A DNA stretch of 63,661 nt, the filler included, from Octopus bimaculoides (taxonomy: Eukaryota), in assembly GCF_001194135.2 (NCBI RefSeq). It is 8 parts of 6 records of this genome, joined end to end, with 100 filler letters (N's around TTAATTAATTAA, not from the genome) between each part and the next. Parts side by side here need not be neighbours in the genome. Positions count along the whole stretch, not along the records: positions 25,515 to 50,119 come from NC_068989.1; 7 more parts are not named here. The stretch is one strand, 5' to 3'. The translations under genes were made by a program, and so were the position numbers. A model generated the notes under the pieces. That model worked only from the letters and a program-made list of their open reading frames with translations, was not told the origin of the DNA and ran no database searches. Shown here one piece after another: positions 25,974 through 39,249 of this stretch (position 1 is the stretch's first letter; the number at the start of each line of letters is the position of its first letter).

Positions 25974-26879
25974 TACACTTTTTTCTGCAAAATAGGGGTA
26001 GTTTATCCTGTTCAGGCTATATTATTAGCATTATTCTGTGATTGAGAATCTAAAATCACTTCTTTAACTTTCTAAGACATCTCAACGCTTCTAAAAGCAA
26101 ACTTCGTTTGTTTATTTACATTTGTCGTAATTTGAATTTAACATATTTATATATATATATATATATATATGAGATAATAAAAGTTCATATGAGATGTCTT
26201 TGGATCAGGTATAACAGTAGTTGCCATTGTGTCTTCAAGTTAGTTGCTCATGGTGTGTTGTGGCCACTGTTGCCATCATTGTTCTCATCATCATCGTCCT
26301 TTGTCTTGGTTCTACAGACAATTTTCTACTGCCATCTGCTGTCTGCTCTAGCTTCCACTCACTGGTGTTTGCTATCAGATGGCAAAAATGTACTGCATAT
26401 ATTGTAATGCTCTTGGTCAGAGAAAGCATGCCAAAGATTTAATTATTATTAGATTTGGTTCCACAAAAAGTCTTGAATAGTCAGATTTGTTTATGACATC
26501 AGTAATATCTGAGCAAATTGCAATCAAGTTACTAAATAGACTTTTACTTGGGAAGTAGTGATCTGGGTTCAATTTACTAAGTGCTTGCAATTACTAAATA
26601 TTCCTGCTACACTCCTAAGAAGCCATAAGCATCCTTTTGATACCAACCTTGGACCTATGATACAAACTTCTAATTTTAAATTGATTTAAATTAAAACCTT
26701 CCATCAAAATTTCATATTAATTTATATTCCTAAGTTATTTTTGGAAATTCTTTGTTTTCAAAATTAATTGAATCAAAAGCAATGTTTTTCACCAGAAATA
26801 TGGTAACAATTATTTAAAGCCACTAGTTTTAAAGCATTCATTATCTATCGTGATTTGGTAATTTTTAAGTGTAAGTATG

Positions 26880-27285
26880 GCTGTATCCTTAAGAAATTTA
26901 CTTCCCAACCTCATGGCTTTGGTTTCGGTCCCACAGTGTGATGCTTTAGGCAAGTGTCTTCTAATATAACCTCAGGCTGACGAAAACCTTGTGAGTACAT
27001 TCGGTAGACGGAAACTGAAAGAAGTGCATCATATATGTATAAATGTGTGTGTGTGTGTGTGTGTGAGAGTTTGTAACTGTCTCTTTGTCTTGACATCATA
27101 TAAACGATTGTCACCATTATGTAAGCAATGTCCTTCATTTCCAGACATGAAAACATGTCTGCCTTGGGTGAAATATTACCTTACTTGGAAACAGGTGAGT
27201 ATTGGTGATAGGAAGGGCATCCAGTCATAGAAAATCTGCTTCAAGAAATTCTTTCCAACGAATGAAAGCATGGAAAAGTGGACAT
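26880..27285 (+). mobile_element. SINE with family B head and RTE-type 3' tail
   Basis: B head to gaaactgaaagaag, then ggaagggcatccagtcatagaaaatctg...gcatggaaaagtggaca. Confidence 0.65.
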
Positions 27286-27289
27286 TTGA

Positions 27290-27475
27290 CCCTTTAGCAT
27301 TCAGATTACTCTACCAAATGTAATGCTTATTTATTCATATCATTTTGTAATAATCATGCCTCATCTCATAGCTTCATGATTTTGAGGGTAGGTGTGAAAG
27401 GCTTGATCTGACTGGTTTCAGCAAAAAACAGGCAGAATACTTGGGCTGGATAAGACCAGTTTGAATGTTAAAGGC
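27290..27475. mobile_element. piggyBac-like MITE
   Basis: ttga|ccctttagcatt ... aatgttaaaggc|ttaa; homologous copy at 43551-43770. Confidence 0.7.
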
Positions 27476-29783
27476 TTAAAATGAGATGGATGATGATGAT
27501 GAGATCCTGTGAAAATAATTATGTGATTAGTCATGCCTGGACATATTCTGACTTAGCCCAAAGTAAAAAGTTTGAGATAAAGTGGTCAATTGTTTTCTAG
27601 CATTCAGTGCATAATCTCCAGTCTGCATTTACTGCTTCCTGTTTACTTGATTACATTTGTGAGGAAGTTTCTTTTGAGTAAACTCTGGTTTTATATAATA
27701 ACAGCCTCTTGGCTTTTAGATGTAACACCTGTAAGTCATTTTTGGATTCCTCTCATATCTATCTTGATTCCTTTCCAGTCTGGTCAAAAATGGATCATGC
27801 TGAGTTTACTTTAGTAGTTTGACCATGAACTCTTTGATTCATGCTGCATTTTATTTTCTTTGTGTTTTTATTTGATGACATAAATGCTCTTACTTTCAGC
27901 TTGTAATTATTTTATAGCAGAATTTTTGTCTGTCTTTTCTTGTATTTTTTATTTTATTTCTTTATTCTTCAATTTTTTTTTTATCTTGTCTCGGCATTGG
28001 ACTATGCCCATGCTGGGGCACCACCTTAAAGGATGAGTTGGTCAAATCAATCTGAACTCTGGTAATTATTCTATTCATCTTTTATTATTAATTTTTTTTT
28101 TTTGACTAAATTGTTAAGCTACAAAAATTTATCCAAACCAGCACCACATCATGTTTCAAGGCAGAGAGACAAACATAAACGTAAATACAAACATGCACAC
28201 ACACACACACACACACACACACTGATATGACTGGCTTCTGCATAGTTTCTATCAACTAAGGCATCGATTGGTTCAAGGCTTTGATAGAAGACACTTCCCT
28301 AAGGTACCACAGCATGGGTAGCTTAACAATTTAGTCAAAAAAAAAAAATTAATAATAAAAGATGAATAGAATAANNNNNNNNNNNNNNNNNNNNNNNNNN
28401 NNNNNNNNNNNNNNNNNNNNNNNNNNNNNNNNNNNNNNNNNNNNNNNNNNNNNNNNNNNNNNNNNNNNNNNNNNNNNNNNNNNNNNNNNNNNNNNNNNNN
28501 NNNNNNNNNNNNNNNNNNNNNNNNNNNNNNNNNNNNNNNNNNNNNNNNNNNNNNNNNNNNNNNNNNNNNNNNNNNNNNNNNNNNNNNNNNNNNNNNNNNN
28601 NNNNNNNNNNNNNNNNNNNNNNNNNNNNNNNNNNNNNNNNNNNNNNNNNNNNNNNNNNNNNNNNNNNNNNNNNNNNNNNNNNNNNNNNNNNNNNNNNNNN
28701 NNNNNNNNNNNNNNNNNNNNNNNNNNNNNNNNNNNNNNNNNNNNNNNNNNNNNNNNNNNNNNNNNNNNNNNNNNNNNNNNNNNNNNNNNNNNNNNNNNNN
28801 NNNNNNNNNNNNNNNNNNNNNNNNNNNNNNNNNNNNNNNTATTTGCTTTTTTCTTTTTAAATTTGCTGTTTTACCCTAACCCTATCACCGATAGAATTGT
28901 TTCAGAATCGTTTGTTTATGTAGTCGGCACTTAATGTATATCTGCTGAATGGACGTCAGTGATTGGTTGAAATTACAGAAATACGACAACTTTAACATGG
29001 AATAACTTAGAGATTTCTTTTTTTTAAGAAGACTAAGAGAAAAAGATGTTTTATATGACACATTCTACCAGTGTTCCAAGTTTCAAAGTGTTTCGTTAAT
29101 GAAAAATGTGGCCCCCGTTTTAAAAAAGATCCAAAAATTGAAGAATAAAGAAATAAAATAAAAAATACAAGAAAAGACAGACAAAACTACATGTTTGTAA
29201 AACAAACTTCTTAACCACACAGCCATGCTAGTACCTGTATTTCTGCAATTTCTTCTTCCCCACTAAATTCTTATTAAAATGACAATAAAGAAATACGCAG
29301 TTAATAGTGAATAGATAAATAAAAAAAAAGAATAAAGAATGTGCGATCTTACTAACTTCAAAAGTCTCAAACCAGTATATAAAAAAATCAATATTTTGAA
29401 ACAAAGGTTTGTGGGGTTAAAAAAGGAAGTCTTCTGGGCAGGAAATAAGAATAACATTCATTTCACTACAGGTCACATAAATTGTTGACATTACTCACGT
29501 AGTTAAGTAGTGAATACCTGTTGTAATTTCATTCATTGATTCAAATGAAAGCTTCCCGCCCCCACTGAAAAGATATGAACTTCCTACATAAATTAAGACT
29601 AAGGTGTCATGGTATACACAAGAATTTACCTACTTTAAAGTGTTTGATAACATTCCTAGGATTATACAAATACAGATACGCACACGCGCGCATACACTCA
29701 CACACACAAACTCACATATACATATACATAAACACGCAGATAAACACACATGCCCAAGCACACACACACACACATAAGCACAT

Positions 29784-29814
<31 letters not shown>

Positions 29815-29971
29815 TAAGCACATGCAAACACACACACACACACAAGTATGCACATAGATGTGAAACAAAGTGGAGAAAATATCACAACTGTCTGAAAAAC
29901 AGTTCATGAAACTCTGAGTAGTAGCTTGTGAAATTATTTTGGCTTTAATATTATTATTGTTTTTGTTGAAT

Positions 29972-30405
29972 AGGCACAGGAGTGGCTGTGTGGTAAGTAG
30001 CTTGCTTACCAGCCACATGGTTCCGGGTTCATTCCCACTGCATCGCACCTTGGGCAAGTGTCTTCTACTATAGCTTCGGGCCGACCAATGTCTTGTGAGT
30101 GGATTTGATAGACGGAAACTGAAAGAAGCCCGTTGTATATATGTATATATATATATGTATATATGTGTGTATATATATGTATGTGTGTGTATATGGTTGT
30201 GTGTCTGTGTTTGTTCCCCCAACATCGCTTGACAACCGATTCGGGTGTGTTTACGTCCCTGTAACTTAGCGGTTTGGCAAAAGAGACCGATAGAATAAGT
30301 ACTAGGCTTACAAAGAATAAGTCCTGGGGTCGATTTGCTCGACTAAAGGTGATGCTCCAGCATGGCCACAGTCAAATGACTGAAACAAGTAAAAGAGTAA
30401 AAGAG
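29972..30405 (+). mobile_element. SINE family B, full length
   Basis: tRNA-like head (gttcattccc B box), CORE-like caccttgggcaagtgtctt, internal (TA/TG)n, tail gactgaaacaagtaaaagag. Confidence 0.9.
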
Positions 30406-30800
30406 TACCAATACATTAGTGTAACATTCATTGTTAAAATATTAACATACAATGAATGAATGAACACTACTACTACTACTACTACTACTACTCATGCACA
30501 TACACACACAAACACACAACAAACAAACACACATGCATGCAAACACATTCACACACACGCACACACACACACACACAGACACTTGCTCACTCATACATAC
30601 ACACATACACACACACTCTCATAGAAAAGAATGTAGTTGTGAGTTTTGTAAAATGTAGGTGTTTAATGAAAGACTAATATGGCTTTTATCAAAAGCAACT
30701 TACAGTTTTTACACATAAACTGAAATTAAACAAATTAAATGCATCACTAGGTGTATATGAGAACAATTTATATATACATTAATGTGTGTGCGTGTGGGTG

Positions 30801-30863
<63 letters not shown>

Positions 30864-30889
30864 TTGTCTGTATGTCTGTCTGTCTGTCT

Positions 30890-31281
30890 TTGTGGTAAGA
30901 AGCTTGCTTCCCAACCACATGGTTCTGGGTTCAGTCCCACTGTGTGGCACCTTGGGCAAGTATCTTCTACTATAGCCTTGGGCCAACTAAAGCCTTGTGA
31001 GTGGATTTCGTAGACGGAAACTGAATGAAGCCCATCGTATATATATATGTATATATATATCTATATGTGTGTGTTTGTGTTTGTCTCTCCATCACCACTT
31101 GACAACTGGTGTTGGTGTGCTTATGTCTCTGTAACATAACAGTTCAGCAAACGGGACCAATAGAATAAGTACTAGGCCTAAAAAAATAATAAATACTGGG
31201 GTCAATTCATTCAACTAAAAATTCAAGGTGGTGCCCCAGCATGCCTGCAGTCTAATGACTGAAACAGGTAAAAGGTAAAAG

Positions 31282-31282
<1 letters not shown>
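30890..31282 (+). mobile_element. SINE family B, near full length, CpG-decayed
   Basis: Colinear with 29972-30405. Confidence 0.85.
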
Positions 31283-31314
<32 letters not shown>

Positions 31315-31520
31315 AGTTCAAAAACAAAAAAACACAACAAAGTGGGGACGTGATACGGATAGTGTTATTGGACGCTCAGGAAAGGAAAGATATACACACA
31401 CACACACACAGATAGATAGATAAACATACATACATGCATACATAGATAGATAGCTGTAGATACATACACATATATATATATAACTTACATTTAGATACAT
31501 ATATTTCCATATACATATGC

Positions 31521-31584
<64 letters not shown>

Positions 31585-32464
31585 NNNNNNNNNNNNNNNN
31601 NNNNNNNNNNNNNNNNNNNNNNNNNNNNNNNNNNNNNNNNNNNNNNNNNNNNNNNNNNNNNNNNNNNNNNNNNNNNNNNNNNNNNNNNNNNNNNNNNNNN
31701 NNNNNNNNNNNNNNNNNNNNNNNNNNNNNNNNNNNNNNNNNNNNNNNNNNNNNNNNNNNNNNNNNNNNNNNNNNNNNNNNNNNNNNNNNNNNNNNNNNNN
31801 NNNNNNNNNNNNNNNNNNNNNNNNNNNNNNNNNNNNNNNNNNNNNNNNNNNNNNNNNNNNNNNNNNNNNNNNNNNNNNNNNNNNNNNNNNNNNNNNNNNN
31901 NNNNNNNNNNNNNNNNNNNNNNNNNNNNNNNNNNNNNNNNNNNNNNNNNNNNNNNNNNNNNNNNNNNNNNNNNNNNNNNNNNNNNNNNNNNNNNNNNNNN
32001 NNNNNNNNNNNNNNNNNNNNNNNNNNNNNNNNNNNNNNNNNNNNNNNNNNNNNNNNNNNNNNNNNNNNNNNNNNNNNNNNNNNNNNNNNNNNNNNNNNNN
32101 NNNNNNNNNNNNNNNNNNNNNNNNNNNNNNNNNNNNNNNNNNNNNNNNNNNNNNNNNNNNNNNNNNNNNNNNNNNNNNNNNNNNNNNNNNNNNNNNNNNN
32201 NNNNNNNNNNNNNNNNNNNNNNNNNNNNNNNNNNNNNNNNNNNNNNNNNNNNNNNNNNNNNNNNNNNNNNNNNNNNNNNNNNNNNNNNNNNNNNNNNNNN
32301 NNNNNNNNNNNNNNNNNNNNNNNNNNNNNNNNNNNNNNNNNNNNNNNNNNNNNNNNNNNNNNNNNNNNNNNNNNNNNNNNNNNNNNNNNNNNNNNNNNNN
32401 NNNNNNNNNNNNNNNNNNNNNNNNNNNNNNNNNNNNNNNNNNNNNNNNNNNNNNNNNNNNNNNN

Positions 32465-32495
<31 letters not shown>

Positions 32496-32599
32496 GTGTA
32501 AACACACACACACACATGCATACACAGTGTTCCCAAAACTTAGTTTCACTGATTTTGACTTATCTTCTTGAGAACCACATAGCACCAGTCATCTTGGTG

Positions 32600-32930
32600 C
32601 CTCTGTAAGGTTCAAGTTTCAAGAACATCCTTCACCACTTCAACCCATGTCTTCCTGGAACTCCCTCTTCTGCAAATTCCATCAACATCATATGATTGAC
32701 TCTTCTTTATTCAGCTGTCCTCATTTATGTGCATCACATGACCATAGCACAATGGCACACTACAACTGATTCCTCTTAAAGCCAGTTTTTCTCTCAACAC
32801 ATTTGTACTTTATCTTTCATGCATGCTTGTATGGCACATTCAATGGAGCATGCTCACTTCAATTCTTTCCAATTTTATCAAGACCTCTGCTGTCAAGACC
32901 CCTGTCTTCTCACCATGCAGCATTGCAAAA
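32600..32930 (-). mobile_element. RTE-clade LINE C-terminal remnant
   Basis: Homologous to 39250-39930 (cccatgtcttcctgga, gcatcacatg, caatggagcat). Confidence 0.65.
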
Positions 32931-33074
32931 ATATATCAATTACAGCTGCAGGTAATAAGGCTTTCTATGATGAATCTGCTTTAATTACAATACTCAGATT
33001 GCTATACACACACACACACACACACACACATACACACACTCACACCCACACACACCTGCATATATGTACATGTG

Positions 33075-33110
<36 letters not shown>

Positions 33111-34076
33111 TGTATGAATGAATGTATGTATGTATGTATGAATGAATGTATGTATGTATGTATGTATGTATGTATGTATATATATNNNNNNNNNNNNNNN
33201 NNNNNNNNNNNNNNNNNNNNNNNNNNNNNNNNNNNNNNNNNNNNNNNNNNNNNNNNNNNNNNNNNNNNNNNNNNNNNNNNNNNNNNNNNNNNNNNNNNNN
33301 NNNNNNNNNNNNNNNNNNNNNNNNNNNNNNNNNNNNNNNNNNNNNNNNNNNNNNNNNNNNNNNNNNNNNNNNNNNNNNNNNNNNNNNNNNNNNNNNNNNN
33401 NNNNNNNNNNNNNNNNNNNNNNNNNNNNNNNNNNNNNNNNNNNNNNNNNNNNNNNNNNNNNNNNNNNNNNNNNNNNNNNNNNNNNNNNNNNNNNNNNNNN
33501 NNNNNNNNNNNNNNNNNNNNNNNNNNNNNNNNNNNNNNNNNNNNNNNNNNNNNNNNNNNNNNNNNNNNNNNNNNNNNNNNNNNNNNNNNNNNNNNNNNNN
33601 NNNNNNNNNNNNNNNNNNNNNNNNNNNNNNNNNNNNNNNNNNNNNNNNNNNNNNNNNNNNNNNNNNNNNNNNNNNNNNNNNNNNNNNNNNNNNNNNNNNN
33701 NNNNNNNNNNNNNNNNNNNNNNNNNNNNNNNNNNNNNNNNNNNNNNNNNNNNNNNNNNNNNNNNNNNNNNNNNNNNNNNNNNNNNNNNNNNNNNNNNNNN
33801 NNNNNNNNNNNNNNNNNNNNNNNNNNNNNNNNNNNNNNNNNNNNNNNNNNNNNNNNNNNNNNNNNNNNNNNNNNNNNNNNNNNNNNNNNNNNNNNNNNNN
33901 NNNNNNNNNNNNNNNNNNNNNNNNNNNNNNNNNNNNNNNNNNNNNNNNNNNNNNNNNNNNNNNNNNNNNNNNNNNNNNNNNNNNNNNNNNNNNNNNNNNN
34001 NNNNNNNNNNNNNNNNNNNNNNNNNNNNNNNNNNNNNNNNNNNNNNNCCACACACACCTGCATATATGTACATGTG

Positions 34077-34112
<36 letters not shown>

Positions 34113-35611
34113 TGTATATGTATATATGTATATTGATAGATAGATATATAGATAAATATAGAGATACAGTGCTACATACATATATGCACACACACATGTA
34201 TGAGAAAAGGAGCTGTTTTATTCGCTTCATGTTGGTTTATGTGTTCACATTTTCCCAGTAAGGTAGATTGGTTTACGCTGTGTCTCAGTTGGGTTCTCCA
34301 TAATAGATAATGTGTCTCTTGTTTCCATTGATTATCCATCAATAATTCCCCATCATATAGATTGAAGTCATTATTTCTCATATTCCCTTCAGTTAAGCCT
34401 GCAAACAGCTTTATTTGTCCCCCACTTCTGTACATTTTCTTAAGTCCAGCTGAGAGTAAAGTAGTTACTCAGGCAACTAATGGTTCAGAATGCACATGAC
34501 ATTGTCTGCTCATCAAAGCTGATGAAGAATAATCATTGTTTCATTGCAGAAGATATGGAAATATTGGCTTACACAAGCATACTGACAATCATTTGTTTGT
34601 TCAGTTACAGGATATGCATGATATTTCTCAGATATCAGTGGTGGTATTATGTATGCAACTTATAAAGATGTTTACTATGACTAAATAACTAAATTCCAAA
34701 GTGGTATAAGGAATTTCATAAAAAGGATCCCTTATACACATTAAGTTTGGTTGTTTGCTTCAGATCATGACCTTCATCTACCTATTTTTCTGATCAAAGG
34801 TTACACAAACAATTATTTGTCTGGGACTGGATTTCCTTATCAATATCTACTTTTTGTGACAGGTGACTATGTGGATATTGGAAGTAAGCTATATTTTCAA
34901 CCAACCATCTGTCCATGTACCCAAATGGTTGAATCAGGTTCCTGCTTGTATGAAGCTTATTGATGTAAGTTTTACTTATTTTGAAAAATTATTTGTGTTG
35001 AAACTTTAGTTTTACTTACATCATCATATACATTGGATGGTAATTATCTGTAGTCTTTGAGCTTAAGTAGCATTAACTCTGATATCTGCTCACTGAAGTT
35101 CAATTACTGATGTAGTCATGGTCTTGGATCTGGCATAGTTTTCCAGGTTTGAATAACTTGTCATTTATGTGGTATGATACTTGAATGTAAGGTGGGAGTT
35201 TATTTGTAGTGAACTCAGGTATAGCCAAGGAGAAGACAGAGAAGAGTATGGGCAAAATTATACATCTCTACATCAATACAGTTTTCATTTCAAATGGATT
35301 TGTTATAGAAGACTGTCATTGTATGTTGACTTTAATGTTGTCATGCAGAAATTATGTTCACAGTAAAAACAATGCAAGAGGGAAAAATCAACAGTGAGCC
35401 TTTCTCAGACCTGGTATAGCAGTACACCATTTCAATGGTGTTGACAACACACAATGCACTCCAAATGCAGTCGTCTCTGTAGCTTGTTAGGAGTCCTTAG
35501 ACTTCTGTACATTGTGTTTGGTGCAGCAACAACCTTTTTATTTTTCAGAAATAGTTAACAATAACAATCTGTCTTGACTATTTTCTGGACTTACCTGTGT
35601 ATTACCTACAG

Positions 35612-36073
35612 CAGTGGTTCTCAACTAGGGTCCATATAACCCTTGGGGGTCCACATAAGATTTCACTGTTAACATTTACATGCAATACATTGGTTATACT
35701 TTTACAATACACAAAATATTTCAACAATTTTTTAAATACAATTCCTGATGATGATGATCACCATCAGGAATTAACGCCCGCTTTCCATGCTGGCATAGGT
35801 TGGACAGTTTGACTGAGATCTGGAGAGCCAGCAGCTGCTTAGTGAAAAATAACTTTATTTTTAATATTTTATTGCAATTGTTTAGTACAAAGGAATCTAC
35901 TGGTAACTCTTTTATTAAGTACTGAATACGAAAAATAGGTACATTATTGGCTCTGAGGAGAAATAGTGAATCATTTTAATGAGAACATGTGTCTAGCAAC
36001 TATGACACCCAATCCTACCACAATTTTCCCAGGTACCACTGGTGGGGCATATGCCCCATGTTGGGAATCACTG
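35612..36073. mobile_element. hAT (Charlie-like) MITE with internal RTE-tail insertion
   Basis: TIRs cagtggttctcaac / gttgggaatcactg; flanks acctacag / tgctaaag only partly matching. Confidence 0.6.
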
Positions 36074-37163
36074 TGCTAAAGTGTTAAGTGTCATTTGAAC
36101 CACTTTGTCACTATATTTCAGTTGGCTTTCAGTTTATTTTGAAAATAATTTAGAATTTAATAAAATAACTTCATCCTTATTTATTCAGTATGTGGAGCAT
36201 AAATTAACATGAAAATTTGATGGAAGGTTTAAATTTATATAATTTTAAAACAGAAGTTTGTATCATAGAACCAAGGAGCAGTTTTAGACAGGTTAGTATC
36301 AAAAAGGTAAATGCATGTCTGCAATTAAAAAATATATACTGTCCAAATTCATTCTTTTATAAGGTTTGGTACATTCCATATCATTATTAATGGACTCAGT
36401 ATCTTCTTTTAGGATTAAACCTGACTTCATTTATCTCTCATCAAACACCTGATTGATCTGAATAAAACCTGTTGTCAACACCCTTAAGCACAATTAATGA
36501 TTTTATTTGAGTACACAAGGTAATAATTGTTACCATAGTTACAGGTAAACATTCTTATCAGGTCCAAGGAGATATATTACTATATATTTTCTCTTTGTAT
36601 TAGTGAAGTGTTTCCTATGTATAACTAATGACTAGGGTGTCACAAAAACTTTAATATTCAATGAAAAATAATTAAGCTGAAACAAAGGGGCTTAATTATT
36701 ATGCATTATATATATTTTTTCTCTTATCCTATAAATCCACACAATTATTATTTGGATCATTCATTCAGGATTATGTTTTCTCTTTGAACTCAAAATCTGT
36801 TTTAATCTTGTGAGTTGGAGATTTTTTTCATAAGCTTTCACATGTTAAGAGTGGAAGACTTTCTAAAAAGTTCAATAAATAAATAGAACATATTTTTGTC
36901 TGAATATCAACAGGAGAATCTTATATCCCTTAGAAATGAAGCTTTGTTCTGTTGAAAGAAACTAAAAATGAGACATAGATGAAAAATGCTCAGAGAAACA
37001 GGCATTATATACATTCCCACGTCTTCAATGATATTTATAAGGGAGAATAACACATACACACACACACACACATACACATACATACAAATATGTGTGTGTG
37101 TGTGTGTGTGTGGTGTGTGTGTGCATGTGTGTGCGAATGTGTGTATATATATATGTACATATG

Positions 37164-37215
<52 letters not shown>

Positions 37216-37220
37216 ATATA

Positions 37221-37251
<31 letters not shown>

Positions 37252-37439
37252 GTAAGTCAATCAAACTAGAGTTAAACTTCTTTCTTCTTTTTTGGTTCTT
37301 CAGTATTAACAAAATAAGCATTGGTATGAAGTGAATCAACCTGATCCACTTCCTATTACCAAAAAAAGTCCTTTCACCTAAGAATTAAATTATATATATA
37401 TATGTATACACGTGTATGTGGGTGTGTGGGTGGGTGTGT

Positions 37440-37874
37440 GTATGTAGAGAGAAAGAGGAAGAAAGAAAGATAAAAGTTATATATATATTTATAAATATTT
37501 ATTTCTTTATTGCCCACAAGGGGCTAAACATTGAGGAGACAAACAAGGACAGACAAAGGGATTAAGTCGATTACATCGACCCCAGTGTGTCACTGGTACT
37601 TATTTAATCAACCCTGAAAGGATGAAAGGCAAAGTCGACCTTGGCAGAATTTGAACTCAGAATGTAATGGCAGACGTTCTGAGTTCAAATTCCACCAAGG
37701 TGAACTTTGCCTTTCATCCTTTCAGGGTTGATTAAATAAGTACCAGTGACACACTGGGGTCAATGTAATCGACTTAATCCCTTTGCTTGTCCTTGTTTGC
37801 CCTCTGTAGGCAATAAAGAAATAAATATATATAACTTCCTCTTCCTTTCTTTCTCTCTCTCTCTCTCTACATAC
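37440..37874. repeat. Fold-back inverted duplication of a SINE A copy plus its flank
   Basis: ~200-225-bp arms, 8-nt loop aatggcag at 37666-37673; arms share the same variant sequence and flanking purine tract. Confidence 0.9.
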
Positions 37875-37914
37875 AGGCACAATATATTGTTTACAGTATG
37901 ATTTTAAAAAATCT

Positions 37915-38300
37915 TTTACTTGTTTCAGTCATTAGACTGCAGCCATGCTGGGGCACTACCTTGAAGAATTTTTAGTTGAAAGAATTGACCCCAATACTTA
38001 TTTTCTTTAAGCCTGGTATTTATTCTATCAGTCTCTTTTGCCAAACTGCTAAGTTACATGGATGTAAACACACCAACACCGGTGGGGAACAAGTACAGAC
38101 ATACACAAAGACATGCACATATACATATATTTATATATAAGATGGGCTTCTTTTAATTTCATTCTTTCAAGTCTATTTATAAGGTTTTGGTTGGCCTGAG
38201 GTTATAATAAAAGATATTTGCTTAACATGTCATGTAATTGGACTGAACCTAAAACCATGTGGCTGGGAAGCAAACTTCTTACCACACAGCCATGCCTGCA
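37915..38300 (-). mobile_element. SINE family B, near full length, CpG-decayed
   Basis: Reverse complement colinear with 29972-30405. Confidence 0.8.
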
Positions 38301-38568
38301 CTATGTAAGATTGCTTATCTTTTAGAAACTAACTTTGAGAGAGATGACGTAAATCATTTTAACAGTGGAACTTGAAATAGATAAAAAAATAATAATAGGA
38401 TGTAGACTACAGAGTTAAACATGGCAGTGATGCTCCCCCACTACTTCTGCTCGTGATCAGAGATGCACATATTGTTAGCCACCAAGGGACATGCTCAACT
38501 GGTTAAGGTCAAACAACTGACAAGCAAATCTGTGGTATTAAGCAGAATATTTGCTGTAAAGTCCAGAG

Positions 38569-38729
38569 GCTGCACCGAGTTCCATAGTCTGTTTTGGCAT
38601 GGTTTCAAGAGCTGGTACCAACCACTTTACAGAGTATACTGGGTGCTTTATACATGGTACCAGCACCAGTATATATTTATATATATGTGTATATATATAT
38701 GTGTATATATATGTATATGTATGTATATC

Positions 38730-38783
<54 letters not shown>

Positions 38784-38885
38784 CTGGTGCTGCCACCATG
38801 TATAAAGTACCCAGTATACACTGTAAAGTGGTTGGCACCAGCAGTCAAGACCACGCCAAAACAGGCTATGGAACTTGGTTTTGCC
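38569..38885. repeat. Inverted ~100-bp arms (RTE-tail derived) around a (TA)n-rich spacer
   Basis: 38569-38669 versus 38784-38885 are reverse complements with scattered mismatches. Confidence 0.8.
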
Positions 38886-39249
38886 AGTTCCTGTCAAGCT
38901 GTTCTACCCATGCCAGCATGGAAAACGGACATTAAATAATGATGATGACGACAATGACATGTGAATCGTTGGCAATTTTTTTCCTCCGTCTTCCTTTTCT
39001 ATTGGACTTTCCTCTGTCTCCTGTTTCTGAAGAAGAGCTTTGCTCAAAATGTAAAACCACCTTTCTTTCCTTCTCTGAGCATCTGCTAATACTTTACATG
39101 TACCATGTCCTTGTGTTGTTGCTTCTTTGCATTATTTCTTCGTTTTTTTAAAAAAATTTTTATATATATATTATATACATATAGACACATGTATATGTCT
39201 ATATGTGTGTATATATATTTATATCTATGTATATATCTCTTTTTCTTTT

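Noticed and set aside
26318-26442. Candidate next EDEM3 exon after tctacag (DNFLL...)
   Set aside because: Phase fits, but the translation lacks the expected F.M.GDG motif in frame
34774-34963. ORF DHDLHLPIFLIKGY... after a cttcag acceptor
   Set aside because: No recognisable family or supporting exon; surroundings look like decayed TE; unsupported without a search
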